Shown one piece after another: positions 40,560-54,095 of a stretch of DNA of 64,000 bases; the first letter of the stretch is position 1, and each line of letters begins with the position of its first letter. The notes beneath the pieces are model-generated. The model was not told the origin of the DNA and searched no databases. It worked only from the letters and a program-made list of their open reading frames with translations. Location of the stretch: assembly GCF_009914755.1 (NCBI RefSeq), contig NC_060926.1, one strand, 5' to 3'. The translations under genes and the position numbers were made by a program. The stretch comes from the human T2T-CHM13v2.0 reference genome, Homo sapiens.

Positions 40560-42250
40560 TAATTTAGGGCCTTATAAAGACAATAAAATGACTTATTGAG
40601 AATCACTAAACCAACACCCAAGTATTTAATGAAAATACTTTTTAGCTCATATAGCTTGAGACACCAAACTATGACTATATAAATAGCTATACCATGTTTA
40701 TAGATTGGAAGACTTAATGTAGTAAAGAAGTAGATTCTACCCAAATTCATTGATAGGTTTACTGCAGTTCCTTTCAAAATCCAAGGGGGGGACATTTTGT
40801 AGATACAAATGAACTGATACTAGAATTTATATAGAAAAAAACCAAGAATAGCCAAAATAATTTTGAAAAAAGAAGAATAAAGTTGGAGGAAACATACTAC
40901 CTGATTTTAAGATTTAACATATAGCTGTATTAATCAAGATTGTGGTGTTGGGAAAGGAATAGACTGGTAGATTAATGGAACAGAATTGAAAGTCCAAATA
41001 TAAATGCACATAATATGGCCAAGTGATTTCTTTTTTTTTTAGACGGAGTCTTACTCTGTCGCCCAGGTTGGAGCGCAATGGTACAATCTCGGCTCACTGA
41101 AACCTCCCTCTTCCAAGTTCAAGCAATTCTCCTGCCTTGGCCTCCCGAGTAGCTGGGACTACAGGCGTGCACCACCATGCCTGTGTAATTTTTTCTGTTT
41201 TAGTAGAGATGGGGTTTCACCATGTTGCCCAGGCTGGTCTCAAACTCCTGACCTCAGGTGATCTGCTTGTCTTGGCCTCCCAAAGTGCTAGGATTACAGG
41301 CGTAAGCCACCATGCCCAGCCAGCCAAGTGATTTTTTTTACAAAGTCCCAAAAACAATTCAATGGAGGAAAGATAGACTTTTTAACAAATGGTGTTTTAT
41401 TGGATATCCTCAGTCAGAAAACTCCTCAATCTAAACCTCACATATTGTGAAAAATTAACTTAGAATTGATAATATGCCTAAATATAAAATGTAAAACTCT
41501 AAAACTTTTAGAATAAAACAGGAGAAAAATCTTCATTACTAGAGTTAGGCAAATATTCCTTAGAAGACCTAAAGCACTATCCATAAAAAAAAGATAACAT
41601 CAACTGGATTTCATCAAAATACTTTTATTCTGCAAAATATATTGTTAAAGAGGATGAAAAGACCAGATATAGACTGGGAGAAAATATTTGCAAATTACAT
41701 ATTTGATCTAAAAAGTTGTACCTAGAATGTATAAAGGTGGCTCTAAACTCAACAGTAAGAAAACAAAGAATCCGATTAAAAAGTGGAGAAAAGAATGAGC
41801 ACACGGAAAGATGCTCAGCATCATTAGTCATTAGGGACATGCAAATTAAAGCTATGAGGAGACACCATGACTCACATGTTAGAGCAGCTAAACTAAAAAT
41901 ACTGACAATACCAGCAGGGGAAAGGATGAGGATCAACTGGTCTCTCATGCATACATTGCTGGCGGAAATGCAAAATGGATTGTATGGTCACTTTGGAGAA
42001 AGTTTGACAGTTTCTTATAAGGGTAAGCATACAGTTACCATATCACCCAGCAGTAAATTAACTATTTACTTTAGACAAAAGAAAAACTTACATCCATACA
42101 AAAACATGTACACAGATGTTTACAGCAGTTGTGTTTGTCACAGCCAATGTGGAAAACAAAACAAATTTCCCTCAACAGGTGAATGGATGAACAACCTATG
42201 GTATATCCATAAAATGGAATAGTTCTCAGACATCAAAATAAATAAAATCC
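40560..42250 (+). mobile_element. Old L1 (L1M) ORF2 3' fragment, split by an Alu
   Basis: ORF 41716..42222 (RCSASLVIRDMQIK...PSTGEWMNNLWYIHKME) resembles the L1 ORF2p C-terminus. The flanks are A-rich, L1-like and contain stops. Confidence 0.88.
41030..41321 (-). mobile_element. AluS element inserted into L1
   Basis: Poly-T, Alu dimer, and TSD GCCAAGTGATTT at 41018 and 41323. Confidence 0.92.
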
Positions 42251-42499
42251 CACAACATCACCAAAGGAGACTTTAGTTTCATCTGTAATGTTTTAAGGTT
42301 TTAAGTAGACAGACTATTTTCATGTTCTATTTGTTGTTGAATTTTTAAAATTGATGTTTCTTTTATTACAAAGTATGAAAACTACAAGAGCATACCTCTG
42401 TGCCTGGTCAATGTCCTGTCATGTAGATAGATTCTCCCTCACCATAGCCAAACCCTCTCTTTGAGCAGTAGGTTCTAGCCTTCTTTCTACCCCACCAAA

Positions 42500-43040
42500 T
42501 TCCTTCTCATTCTCTCTTGCATCATCAATTTTTCTCTTTCTACCAAATTATTTCTATCAACAAGTACACGGATGGGCTATTATTTTTCCCATCTTAACAA
42601 ATAAGGAAATCTCTCTTGACCTCATTTCCCCCTCCAGCTATAGCTTTATTTCTAGAAAGCAGTGTCTGTTCTGTCTTCAATTTCTTTCCCCTTTCTCTCC
42701 TCACTCAATTCAGAGTTTCACCCCCTCTTCCCCAGCAAATCCTTTTTTTTGCCAAATCCACGTATACTTTTCTGTCTCCACCTTACATGACCTTTCAGCA
42801 GTGATTATGCAGGTGATCAGTCTCTCCTCCTTGAAGCACCTTCTTCACTTGCCCTTGAAGGTCCTACACTCTCCAGGCTTCCCTTCCACCTCACCAGCCC
42901 TTACTTCCCCCACTCCCATCTTTGCTGGCTCCTCCTCACTCCCTGACCTCTTAAAGCTGCAGGGCAGGGCTCAGTTCTTGCTTTCTTTTTCTACGTTCAT
43001 TTCTGTGGTGAACTCATGCAATTCCCTAACTTTACAGACT
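42500..43040 (+). mobile_element. L2 LINE fragment
   Basis: Pyrimidine-rich CATCATCAATTTTTCTCT...TGACCTTTCAGCAG...CTCCTCCTTGAAGCAC. Confidence 0.6.
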
Positions 43041-43088
43041 ACATTAGATCCAATTTAAGATGTCCTCAATTATAAGATGCACCATTAA

Positions 43089-43432
<344 letters not shown>

Positions 43433-43800
43433 GCCAATCAAACTCTTACATCCTATCATCCCAATTTCAGATGTCTCTTTGTTCTCAGAGTCCCTAAACT
43501 GCTCTGGAGTGAGTGATGATGCTTCTCCTTCCCAGCACCCCTCTTGGGGAACAGGGTTCGCACCCTTCCTTCTATCTCTTTCCTTCTAACTCTCTTCATC
43601 ACCCAGCCTGTGGAATCCTTATATGAGCTTGGGATGGTATCGCCTGTTTCTACACCTAGCTTTGCCACATATGGTTGGGCACATCACAACTTGTATGGAT
43701 TTACTCCATTGGGTTGTGCAGTATATAACCTGTACAACTATACATTGTTGCCTGACTTCACCCATTCCTCCAAGGTTTTTTATTTTTCTCTTTATAATAC

Positions 43801-44200
43801 TGTCTTAGTCTATTTTTTGTTGCTGTAACTGAACACCTGAGGCTGACTAGTTTATAAAGAAGATAAATTTATTTTTAGCAATTCTGGAGTCTGGGAAGTC
43901 CAAGGTTGAGGGGCTGCAACTGGTGAGGGGCTTCTTACTGGTAGGGACTCTCTGCAGAGTCCTGAGATGGCTCAGGGCAACACACGGTGAGAGGACCCAC
44001 CAGAGACGGCCAAAGTGGCTTTCATATGAGACCCACTTTTGTGATAACCCATTAATCCATTAATTTATGAATGGGTCCATTCATGAGAGCAGAGCCCTCA
44101 TGACCCAATCATCTCCGAAAGGCCCCACCTCTCATATTGCTCCATTGGGATCCAAGTTTCCAACACATCAACTTCTGAGGAACACATTTAAACTACAGCA
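43801..44200 (-). mobile_element. MaLR solo LTR (MST/MLT1A-like)
   Basis: TGTCTTAGTC...GGGAAGTCCAAG...GCAGAGCCCTCATGACCCAATCA...ACACATTTAAACTACAGCA. Confidence 0.8.
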
Positions 44201-45099
44201 AATACCTTGTCCTGAACTTTTGAAACTTTAAAGCAAGAAGGAGACTCTTTAGTTCTGTGCATTCTTCCCTGTTATTTCTTGCCTGAGGCAATCGCTGTAG
44301 CCTTGGGGTTTTTGCTCCAGTTGGGCACCCCTGAGCTTACCACGGTGGCTAGAAAAAACATGCCCTCACTGACATAGGCCTGGGAGCCCATCTAGGAGCC
44401 ATTCACAGTGGCAAGGGGTGGCCCTTATTTTGCATAGCCAATGAGAAGACTCCCCTGGCTATGAGGGTGGAGTCCATCTTAACCAAATGTCAAGGTTGCT
44501 GCCAAGGGAGGAGGAATGGAATGAATGTGGGGGAACCCATTGGGTCTACTCCACAGTGTCAAAGGCAGGGATAGTATTACTGGGATGAAAGAGACTTGAG
44601 CCTGTGTTTAGGTCTACAGACAGGAAGCGATTAAAGACGTTGGAGGAAAGAGCCTAAATTTGGTTAGGAGCAAAATCCTAGAGAACAAATGAGGTGTACG
44701 GGGGAGGGTCTAGATTTGAAATGAGGGCATGAAACTTCTCCTGGATGGAGGATGATGAAGAGACCTGCTTTGAAGGTGTAAGCGAAGGAAGGGATGTGAG
44801 GGCCTCTAACAGTCTTGTGTCCTCCAGGTAGGAGGAGCAGCGCAGCTGGAGATATTGGTAGTGTGGACAGCTTCATGGTACTTTCTGGGAAGTGTCCAAT
44901 GTGTAATTTTAATTGGCTCTTTTCATTAAATAGAATTGATATTATTTTAAGAGACAGATCACTTGAAAATTAGGATTTTGATTCACTTCTCAAATGAAGA
45001 GAAAGTGCCTTTGCCTCATGTATGTGTGCAGAATTTGGGAGAATACATCATGAGCTCAGGGAATGTGTATGCGAAGATGTTTGAAAAGTCACTTGTGGG

Positions 45100-45330
45100 A
45101 ATTTGCCTGGCTTGGTGGTTAGGAATGTGGACTCTGAAGCCAGGAGGCCTGGGCTCACATCCAGGCTTTGCAGCCTTGGGCAGGCTCCTGAACACCTCTG
45201 TTTCTTTGCTAAACAGTGGGCAGGATATCACTATTTTTGGTATAGACCTACTGGAAGGATCAGAAGACTTAATACCTGTGTGTGTTTTGGAGAGTTATTG
45301 GCACATATTAGATAGTTTTACTGTGAATCA
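45100..45330 (+). mobile_element. MIR fragment
   Basis: GGTGGTTAGGAATGTGGACTCTGAAGCCAG...CCTTGGGCAGG... Confidence 0.55.
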
Positions 45331-47485
45331 TCATTATTTATAATAATTCTCTGACATGCTGGAATGTACACTGTCTTTAGAAATGAAATTTGTTTTGTTT
45401 TCCTAATTTCGTGCAACCTACATTTTTCCAGTGCTATTTTCTTTGGGGAAAGAGCATGCAGATGTTCCGTGTTTTCAATGTAGCGGTGTATAAAATGTCA
45501 TCATTGTTTCCTTTCTGGTGGAATATTAAGAGCCAGCTTAAAGATAATCTACTCCCAGAAAGTTCCATATTAGCAATTATGTGGGGGCTGGTGCTCATAT
45601 GCCTCAATGAATGATTTATTTATTAGTATATTGGGAATGGCCTCCCTCTTCTCACACTAGCACCTTTTCCCCACTTTCCAGCCCATTTCCAAATGAGAAG
45701 GGCTGAAGTCAATCAGGAATTAAGATTTAGCATTTGTGGGATTATCTTTGAATGCGACACTGGGGGGGGACACAGTTTCACTCACTCTCCATGGTGGCAG
45801 TCCAAATTGCTCTTTCGGGACCCTGGCTGTGTCTAAAGCCTCAGAATGATCCAGAAGGCTCCTATAACAGTGCCACTGTGGAAGAAACCACTTCTAATAT
45901 GGCAGGAAGGTGTGGCCCTGCTTGGAGCCCATGTTTTCTAACTATTTCACATTTCTTTCTTTCATCCCTGGTGTTATTTTTTGAAATTAATTTTTATTTT
46001 CAGTTCTCCTAGGAATTAATGAGTTAACTTAATAAAAGTAAAAGTCTTCATAAAGAAGGTAAAGGCTGGCTTTCCACATAGAGAATAAACATAATAACCC
46101 ACATCCTCTGCAGAGCTCCTGGTCAATGCATTCTTCTAGTGGGGCTGCCACACCCCTGGGGCCTCAGGCAAGCAAGCCCCTTGTGGATGACAGGGGCTGG
46201 GCTCAAAGCAGTCTCTGGGGCTGTGCCTCCTTCCTGTTCTCCACTCTTTTCTCTAAAGGAAATGCACTGCAATGAATTGCACAATACAGACATTCCTAAA
46301 TTCTGGAAAACCAGCAGGCTTTGAACTCTCCTGGGGGAAAAAACCCATAAAACACAAAACTGCAAGGAATGAGACTATTTGGCCAAATGGCCAATATGCT
46401 ACAACTTTCATAGGGAACTCACCGCACTTGGTATTGCCTGATGGAAAAAAATGCCCTGAATTTCCCAATAAAATATTTGAGATGTGGCAAAGGAATAAAT
46501 ATTTTTTCCCTAAGATAAATCTAGCTGTAGATGAAAACTGGGTCTCATGCCTCGGACAAAATATTATTTCCTTATTTACTCTAAGTCTATATCAGAATAT
46601 AGCCTACACAGCATCAGGTACTAAGCCAAAAAAGGCTCCAAGGGCACCATTGTTCATCCATGACTTTGACTGTGTCACCCCCCAGAAACCTTGAGTTGGG
46701 CAGATGTAATCACAGCAGCCTTTGGTGACTTCTTGAGCAGCTGCTAAGGATCACATGGATTCTGCTCACACCCAGTGCTTCTCATAATTTAAAAATGCTT
46801 GAAGCTGTGGGAGGCTGCCCGGCCCTCTGCATTATTCAAAAGAAAACCAGGAGGCAGCGACAATTCTTGATTCTTGCAGATAAACATTCTCCAACAATTA
46901 TTAAGAGTTGGATTGCTCTACCTTCATTTAATTCCTTGGTGCTTTACTATTTGAATCTAGAATATTCTTGAAGTCTGAAAGATGGATAGAAAAGAGGTAA
47001 GTCATGTAAACTTATAAACAGGGCACGAACCCCGCTAACAGACAGCTTTGAAGAGATGATGATTTCAGATCTTGTGAATTGTTATGTCAGAGGAATACAT
47101 GCAGAAGAAAACAGGCACCGAAATAGTTATTACCAGAGCAAAGTAAATCTGAACACCTAAAAGAATAAGAAAATATCTTATGCTTCTCTCTGCTCTGAAC
47201 TGCCTTGAAAAGAGCAAGAATTTCATACATGAGCCTGTAGCACATTACAAAATCTGAGTATGTATTTGAAATTCAAATGCACACAAAGTTCATGCATTTT
47301 ATTTTCCAGTTGTTCTCAAGACTCCTAAATAAAGCATTTCCCCTGTGTGGGCGACCCCTGGGTCCCATGTGGGGTCAGTGTTTGGGTCTCTCTGAGAGGA
47401 TCAGGAAGGCTGCTCTTCCAGGAAGGGCTGCAGGGACCCTGGGAACCGGACCAGTCCAGCTCACAAGTATGAAGAGAATGTCGGG

Positions 47486-47520
47486 AGAGGAAGTGGTGGC
47501 TATGAGTCAGCATGAGTCAT
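47486..47520 (+). promoter_or_regulatory. Promoter-proximal ETS site plus tandem AP-1 sites, the first also an NFE2/NRF2-type ARE
   Basis: AGAGGAAGTG at 47486, TGAGTCA at 47503 and 47513, and ATGAGTCAGCA at 47502-47512. Confidence 0.75.
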
Positions 47521-47740
47521 CTCGTTCCAATGAGAATGAAGGCTGAGGTGTGCGCCTTTTTTTTTTTTTCCTTCTTAGTCGTGTGTACATCATTGGGAAT
47601 GGAGGGAAATAAATGACTGGATGGTCGCTGCTTTTTAAGTTTCAAATTGACATTCCAGACAAGCGGTGCCTGAGCCCGTGCCTGTCTTCAGATCTTCACA
47701 GCACAGTTCCTGGGAAGGTGGAGCCACCAGCCTCTCCTTG
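47510..47740 (+). ncRNA. CYTOR: First exon of lncRNA CYTOR/LINC00152 (or its paralog MIR4435-2HG). TSS is approximate and intron 1 continues rightwards.
   Basis: Recognised from memory of the transcript: TGAGAATGAAGGCTGAGGTGT...GACATTCCAGACAAGCGGTG...CCACCAGCCTCTCCTTG. It is followed by a consensus donor TTG|GTGAGT at 47741. Paralog assignment is not verified. Confidence 0.8.
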
Positions 47741-48654
47741 GTGAGTATGTTTCTGTCATTTTTAGGGTTGCTTCTGCAGTTTGCCTTGGAGTCTGGGCTG
47801 TGGGAAAGGCTGCTGCGTCCTGGTGAGGACACTGCGTTTCTTTCAGACTTTGAAGATCTGTCGTTTTAGAAAAGTGGCTGCCTCTGTCACCAGCCCCATG
47901 GTTACTGTCCTTTAGTGTGACTGTCAGGAGGTGTTTCTCAGTCCTTCGTTGTAAGAATGTAGATGCCGGTTGCACCTTCTGTTGTCTTGGAAGAGACTGC
48001 AGTGCTTGGCTGGAAAATAAGCTGCTCGGGACTCCTCTGAGAAGCCAAAGTGAAGCTCAGAGATGGAAGTGGGTATACTTGTGCTAACCCAGGGTTGCTG
48101 AGGTTGGGTGAGCTTCCGCTTCTCCGAGGTGGAGGAGAGGCAGCTCCTGAGCCATTTCTGGCCTCGTGGTCAGAGCTGCCCAATTTCAGTGTGAGAAATA
48201 CCAGAGAGGCAGAACTTTGGCTGCCTTCTCTAAAAGCATATGAATGATTGCAGGAGCGTATTTTACGTCCTTTCCTTTTCCTTAACGTTGAAAGTCACAA
48301 ACTGTAGTAAAATCAGGAAGAACGTAAAAATGCTGGGGGCCAGCGCTGGGGGTGGGGGACTGGGGAGGACTGAGGAGGGGGCCACTCAGTCTTTGAGGCC
48401 TGACTTGATCTTGATAGGTATTTCTCAGGCTGTTAGTATTCCGATGAAGCTTAGCTTTACTGTCAAGTAAAATACAGGAAACATTTTTTTTTAATGTTGT
48501 TCTAGTTACTGTAAATGAAACGGTTAAAATGTCATAAATACCTTATGATAAACATTTTTCAAATTTGCTTAAAAAGCAACACATCAGTAGGCAGGGTATG
48601 ACAGGGAGCTTTTTCAGTACAGTCATTTGAGTGTGTGGGCTTCCTGAGTTAATA

Positions 48655-48665
48655 ATGAGTCAGCA
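48655..48665 (+). promoter_or_regulatory. Second AP-1/ARE-type site in intron 1
   Basis: ATGAGTCAGCA, identical to the 11-mer at 47502. Confidence 0.5.
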
Positions 48666-50775
48666 CCCAATTCTAAAATTGGAGCAGCTAAGAGAATGTT
48701 CAATCTGCTCCTCAGCACAGCATGGTGGCTGGCCGGCCCCCCGTAGGAAGGCTTGGGGTTAAAATCGACTTAGGATGCCGCCCTTATGTAAGTGACCAGC
48801 TCCCAGCTTGGGTCCCAGCTCCTCTGGGCTACTGCTGAGAGACCCCCTCTGCTAAGGGATCTGTCTCTGAGGCAGGAGCTAACACATTTGGCTTCCAACC
48901 TTTGGCTAATGTTGACGATTTTTAGGTTGTCTTGAGGCAACAGGTTGAACATAGTTTCTGAAATGAAAAATCTAGTGTTTATTAAGGCTAGGGCAGCTGA
49001 GGGCTGAGCCTGCATCTGGAGCCTTGAGATGTTCCGCTTGCACGTCACCCTCGCCGAGGGATTGGGCGGGAGAGTCGGTCACCGAGTGAACTTCAAAGTT
49101 GGCGCTCTGCATGTGACGTGTAGCGTGGGAAGATTAAGTCAGCTTAAAATGAGAGAACAAGATTCCAAGGAAGAAAACCTCCCCAGAACCTTACTCGTTT
49201 ATAGATAAAAGAAGATAAATATTGAGAAAATTAAAAAAATAAAACGAAATAGTTGGGCTGCAAACCAGCAGCTCTGGGACCAGATGCAGCCCTGGTGAAG
49301 GCATCCCCCACCAGGTTCTGTTTGGCCTGCTCAGGATTGTTTTTTTGTGTTGAGATAACTGTGGGTGGGGTCCACACTCTCCGGATCTCAGGCCCTGCCA
49401 CACCCTAATGCCACAAAGCTTGGAGAGTGCGATTACAGCGAGGCTCAGAAGCCAGGCTGAGGGCCTGCCAGCCTCGTGGGGCTGCTGTGTGGTCCCCATG
49501 GGTTAGCATCTGCCCGGCCGCCGGAACAGGGCCTGGATGGAGAAGGAACTCCATCAGCACTAACTCTGCTAGACTCTCTTATTAATCTGCCCTCTGAAGG
49601 CATTTGGGCTTGTGGCCCTTGAGTTAGTTCCATGGCTTTTTCAAGAAAGATCCTGCAGTTCCAATGTGAGCAGCAGTTGTTTCCAAGGCTAACAATTTCA
49701 CGCCAACTAGAAGCCTCCACAAGTCAGGTGCCAGGCATTTCTAAGCCAGTAGAGCAGCTCCGCTTGTTTCTCTGGGTGAGTCCTCTCAGGGTGAGACCCT
49801 GTCTCCTTGTAAGCACTCGGAGACGTGCCACCTTCATGGAGACGGGAGCCAATCAAAGGCAAACTGCGTTAGACAGCTCTTCCATGCGGTATGGACACCA
49901 ACATTCGATCATCCTTGTTTCAGAGAAGGTGCCGGGCCCCAGACATGTGCTTATCACTGGGTCCCATGGCCTTCAATCCTTTAAAGGGTTTTAAGGTGGC
50001 TGATTTTTATCCCAGACATTGATCATGTTTTTTTTCATGCAGAATTTGGGCAGTTGTCTGGACATTAGGAGTTGAGTCACCTCCTACCCATGAGGAACAA
50101 GCCTGTGGGGGGACTGATATTATCACTTCTGTCATCAAGAAATAAGGCCGCAGGCATCCCTGAATATAGAGCATTTATTAATCGAACTGTGAAAATGAAA
50201 CACAGACAGTGATGACAGCTGGAAGTTGGCCAATGTCCTGTTGTCATATTGCCCTCAGCCTAGGGACTGGCCTGTGGCTCACTGACCCTGTCTCCCACTC
50301 TCCACCTCTCATCAGCAACTGGACCTGGTGCACCTGGTCTACCTCATGTCCAGTGTTTTCCGCAGTACCTGACTGGTATCCCCACCCTTGGTTGTTGTGT
50401 GGTGAGCTCGTCCCTATGTTGGCAAGTTACTTAATTCCTAGGTGTCCCGCCTTCCTCACTGTAAAATGAGAAAAGTCATAGCACGAATGTCATGAGTCCT
50501 TGTGAAGATTTTATGATTAGCACACAAGTTACAAGGAGACACGATAACTGTTACGTACGTACTCATTCGTTCGGAAATATAACAGACAGCTTAGTATCTC
50601 CACCCGGGTCCCTCTGCCCTGTGGGAATCCATAAAGAATTGATTCTCATCCCCCAGAAGTGAGATCCCGCTTGTGTCATCAATTACATGGCATGTTCTGC
50701 ATTTACAGGACATTTATTTATTAGGTAAGTGGGGAATCCTCCTTGGTTCTCTCCAGGAAAACCTGGAGTTCTAGA

Positions 50776-50828
50776 TATCATCATCATCATCATCATCATC
50801 ACTGTCATCATCATTGACATCATCACAA
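50776..50828. repeat. (ATC)n microsatellite
   Basis: About 8 perfect ATC units followed by degenerate units. Confidence 0.9.
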
Positions 50829-52329
50829 TAAGAACTCCCATTGTATTCAGCCCTAACCGTATGGTAGCAACTTTATGGTATTCCCTTTAACCTCCCCCCA
50901 CCCCAATATCCATCCTGGAAGATGGGAAGGATGATAGGTTTGTTGACTCACTCAAGGCGGTGGGACTCTCCAGCAGGTATCAGGCACAGCATCTGCTTCA
51001 AAGAACACATCGGCGACAGGGGAGCCCCTTGCACTCACTCAGGACAGGAGAATCAGGAAAAGCAGCAGATCTGCAGGGCTTTGTGTGTAATCCAACCAGA
51101 CTGATGCCACAGGCCAGGAAACCGAGGACGGTTGGCTTCAGACCTACCCTGGAGTGGAAGCAGCTGGATTCTGTCCTCACGCTTCCTGTCTAAAGCCAGC
51201 TAGAGTAAATTTCTAGTCATCTAGATTCTGGTTATTTGGAAATCATCACAGTATCTGGAGATGACTCATATTGAAAAAAATTAAATAAGATACACTTAAA
51301 ACTTAACCCAGGGTGAACATAACATGGCCTTTCCTTGTCAATTCTGAAGAAGATCATTCAAGTTTGTGCAGTGCCTTAGAAGCCAGATGCTCTCTTCCAT
51401 TCTGCCAGGGTCCTAAAGAAGTACTACTGTGTCCTTTAGATCACTCTGCCTTGATCACTCTGTCCCGTCACTCTGCTATTTCACCTGTCAGTGAAATACC
51501 TGGTATCGTCCTGCCAACATGAAGCATTGAATGCTTTATACGTCTCCATCCTGATTGTTTAGGCTTTGAATGCTGAGAAGTATCTGCACTTTGTTGGTCA
51601 ATTGTAGATGGTGCTAATTTGTGGGGAGTTTTTCCTGCAAATTCCCCCTGTGCCATAATCCAGAGGACCTCCCTCTGCCCCCAGTGCTGTAGGCTAGGCA
51701 GCTATGGGCCTGGCTCAGGGCTGTCGGGCAAGGATTGGACTCTCTATAGGTTCCGTTTGGTTCTGGTTAGATCACAGAGCTCAGGCAAGGAAAAGCCGAC
51801 AATAGATCAGAAGGAAGTTGAGCGCTCAGGAAGGAGGAGTGGGCAGGATGCTTGGTGGTGTCAGAGGATTCCTTCGGATTAAAAAAAATAGATGTTATTG
51901 CACTTTGTGTAATCAGAAAAGCTAAGGTTGACAGCAGATCTTATCCACTGTGGTTTTCCTGCTTATCTTTTGTTTTAGGAGTGATAACCCTGCGAGTGAG
52001 GGCTTCTGCTACAGGGTCTTGTAGCTCTTCTCTTCATCCTGCCCTTTAAAACATTTATTGGACTAAAAATCACAGGATTTTTAATGATGACAGAAAATGT
52101 ATTATTTTAGCTGTTCTCACTGGACAAATCACTTACAGAGTGTTGATTAATACATTGATAAGTTTCTATCAATTCAGCTAGATACAAGGGAAAATGTATA
52201 AAATAGCAAGGGCTCCGAAAAGAGTCAGGCTTAATTTCTCTTGCACAGAAAAAGGATTCTATTGCTCTTTCTGTTCCGTCCTCAAACAGGAAGCAGGTTT
52301 TCTGGGACAAGGGTCAACAGGCAGCCAGT

Positions 52330-52575
52330 TCATCCATCTGCCTACTCAGCCATCCTTAGCACTGGCTTCCTTCCTCCAAGTTATCTTATGCTTCAAGAAG
52401 GCTGCTGGAGCTCCTGCCATCACTTCTGCATTCCAGACAGAAGAGAGGAAGGAAGTGGAGGGCAAAAGGCAAAGCCTCCTAGATGTCAGACTCCTCTGCA
52501 GGCCTTTCCTTGAATTCCCAGCTAACCCTTTCAGCCTAGTCTTTCACTGGCCACCCTATCTGTAAAGGAGCTGGA
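52330..52575 (-). mobile_element. Old MaLR LTR fragment (MLT1J/K-like)
   Basis: GGCTGCTGGAGCTCCTGCCATCACTTCTGCATTCCAG...TGGCCACCCTATCTGTAAAGGAG. Confidence 0.55.
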
Positions 52576-53739
52576 GGAGGAAGATGGAGGAGTGAGGCAA
52601 GGCCCTGAGATGATGCAGAGCAAGGGGCACACAAGAGGGGACTCAGGTCCAAGGTGAAATAGCAGCAAGCACTCTCCCTCCAAAACCCACCGCCTCCTTA
52701 TGAATCCCTTTGGCCTTGATTATGCCAGTAGATAATAGGTATGTGACAGTTTTAGCTTCTCTGGCCTTTGATCAGGTTGATTTATGTGAATAGACTCCAT
52801 GTCCTTGGAGATGAACCTGTTCTAAAAATTCTAAGCAACCAGCCATTTGGCTCTTTGCTGGAAAGTAGCCTGGCTTTTGAAGCCAAGTCTGGACAGTTTC
52901 CTTGCTGCACCTCAGGACTCAAAGGACATGGTCCTGACTCAGGAAGAGCTGGCTTTGAGGGAAGGGGTGAGTCATGAACCCAAGCACAGCAGAGATTCTT
53001 GGTGTGTGCTGCAGAAGGTGAGAGTAGCCCCCATCTCCCTGTGCCAGTCTTCTGGGGGAAATTTATGATGGCCTTACATAATTGGGCTTATATGTGTTTC
53101 ACTAGAAAGACAAAAAAAGGTGAGACCTTGTCTGCCAATTCGCTACCACCTCCTTGGGGTCTAAGAGCTAGGCTGTTTGTTCAAAGCTAGGCTCCTTTGT
53201 GTATTAACAGTGTGACCCCGGGCATCATCCTTAACCCCTCTTTGTCCCAATTCCACATCTGAATGATGGGGATGATAATGGTAGACTCTGCCACATATGG
53301 TTCTGAGGACTAAGTGAGGCCACATGTGCAAAGGATCCGGAACAGTGCCTGGCCCCAAGTCAGCCCTCAGGCAACAGAACAGTGTTTGGATTGTCCTTGT
53401 TGCTTTATTGGATACGTGATAAGTACTGGTGAAATGCATGAATGAAAAGAAATCCCACTTGATTTTAATACAAGAATCAAGCAAGTGACTTCTGTCCCTT
53501 TGAATACCCTCCTCCAAGTGGTCCAAAGTCCTTGAAGCTACCATCTCCTTGGTACCCTTCCTGATGCTTCTGGTGTGGGCAATGTGGTTACTTCATCAAG
53601 TAGACCCTGGTTACAGAGAAGTTAAATGATTTGTCCCCAGGCCCACTCACAGGAGAGAGTACTATACAATATCAAGCTGGTTGTCTTCAGCACTCTGTTG
53701 TAGAGACTTCCAGTATGCATTCTCTTCTGCTTCCTCTGT

Positions 53740-54095
53740 TGTCAACCACAAGTCCATGTTGTTAGGGACAACAGTGTGCCCAGTTAAAAAACGATATTTC
53801 CTAGTCTCCTTTACAGATACGGTGGCCAATGAAAGATATAGGCTGAAAGGTTAGCTAGGGATTCTAGAAAAGCTCTCTAAAGGAGACTGACATGTAATAG
53901 GCTTAGCATTTTGCACCTGAATTCTCTCCTTCCCCCTGTCTGGAATGCAGACGTGATGGCTGGAGCTCCAGCAGCCTCCATGAAGCCATAAGACAATGTG
54001 GAGGAAAGAAACCAGTGCTAAGGATGGCAGAGCAGGCAGATGGTCACAGGTCTTTGGGTGACCAGCTATTTTGCCTGCCTGGAGATTTGACTATT
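53740..54095. mobile_element. LTR33-like ERVL LTR fragment
   Basis: TGTGCCCAGTTAAAA...TGGCCAATGA...CTGGAATGCAGACGTGATGGCTGGAGCTCCAGCAGCC...GCTAAGGATGGCAGAGCAG. Confidence 0.65.

Noticed and set aside
41716-42222. 168-aa ORF as a host protein-coding gene
   Set aside because: It is a degenerate L1 ORF2 C-terminal remnant within a broken L1.
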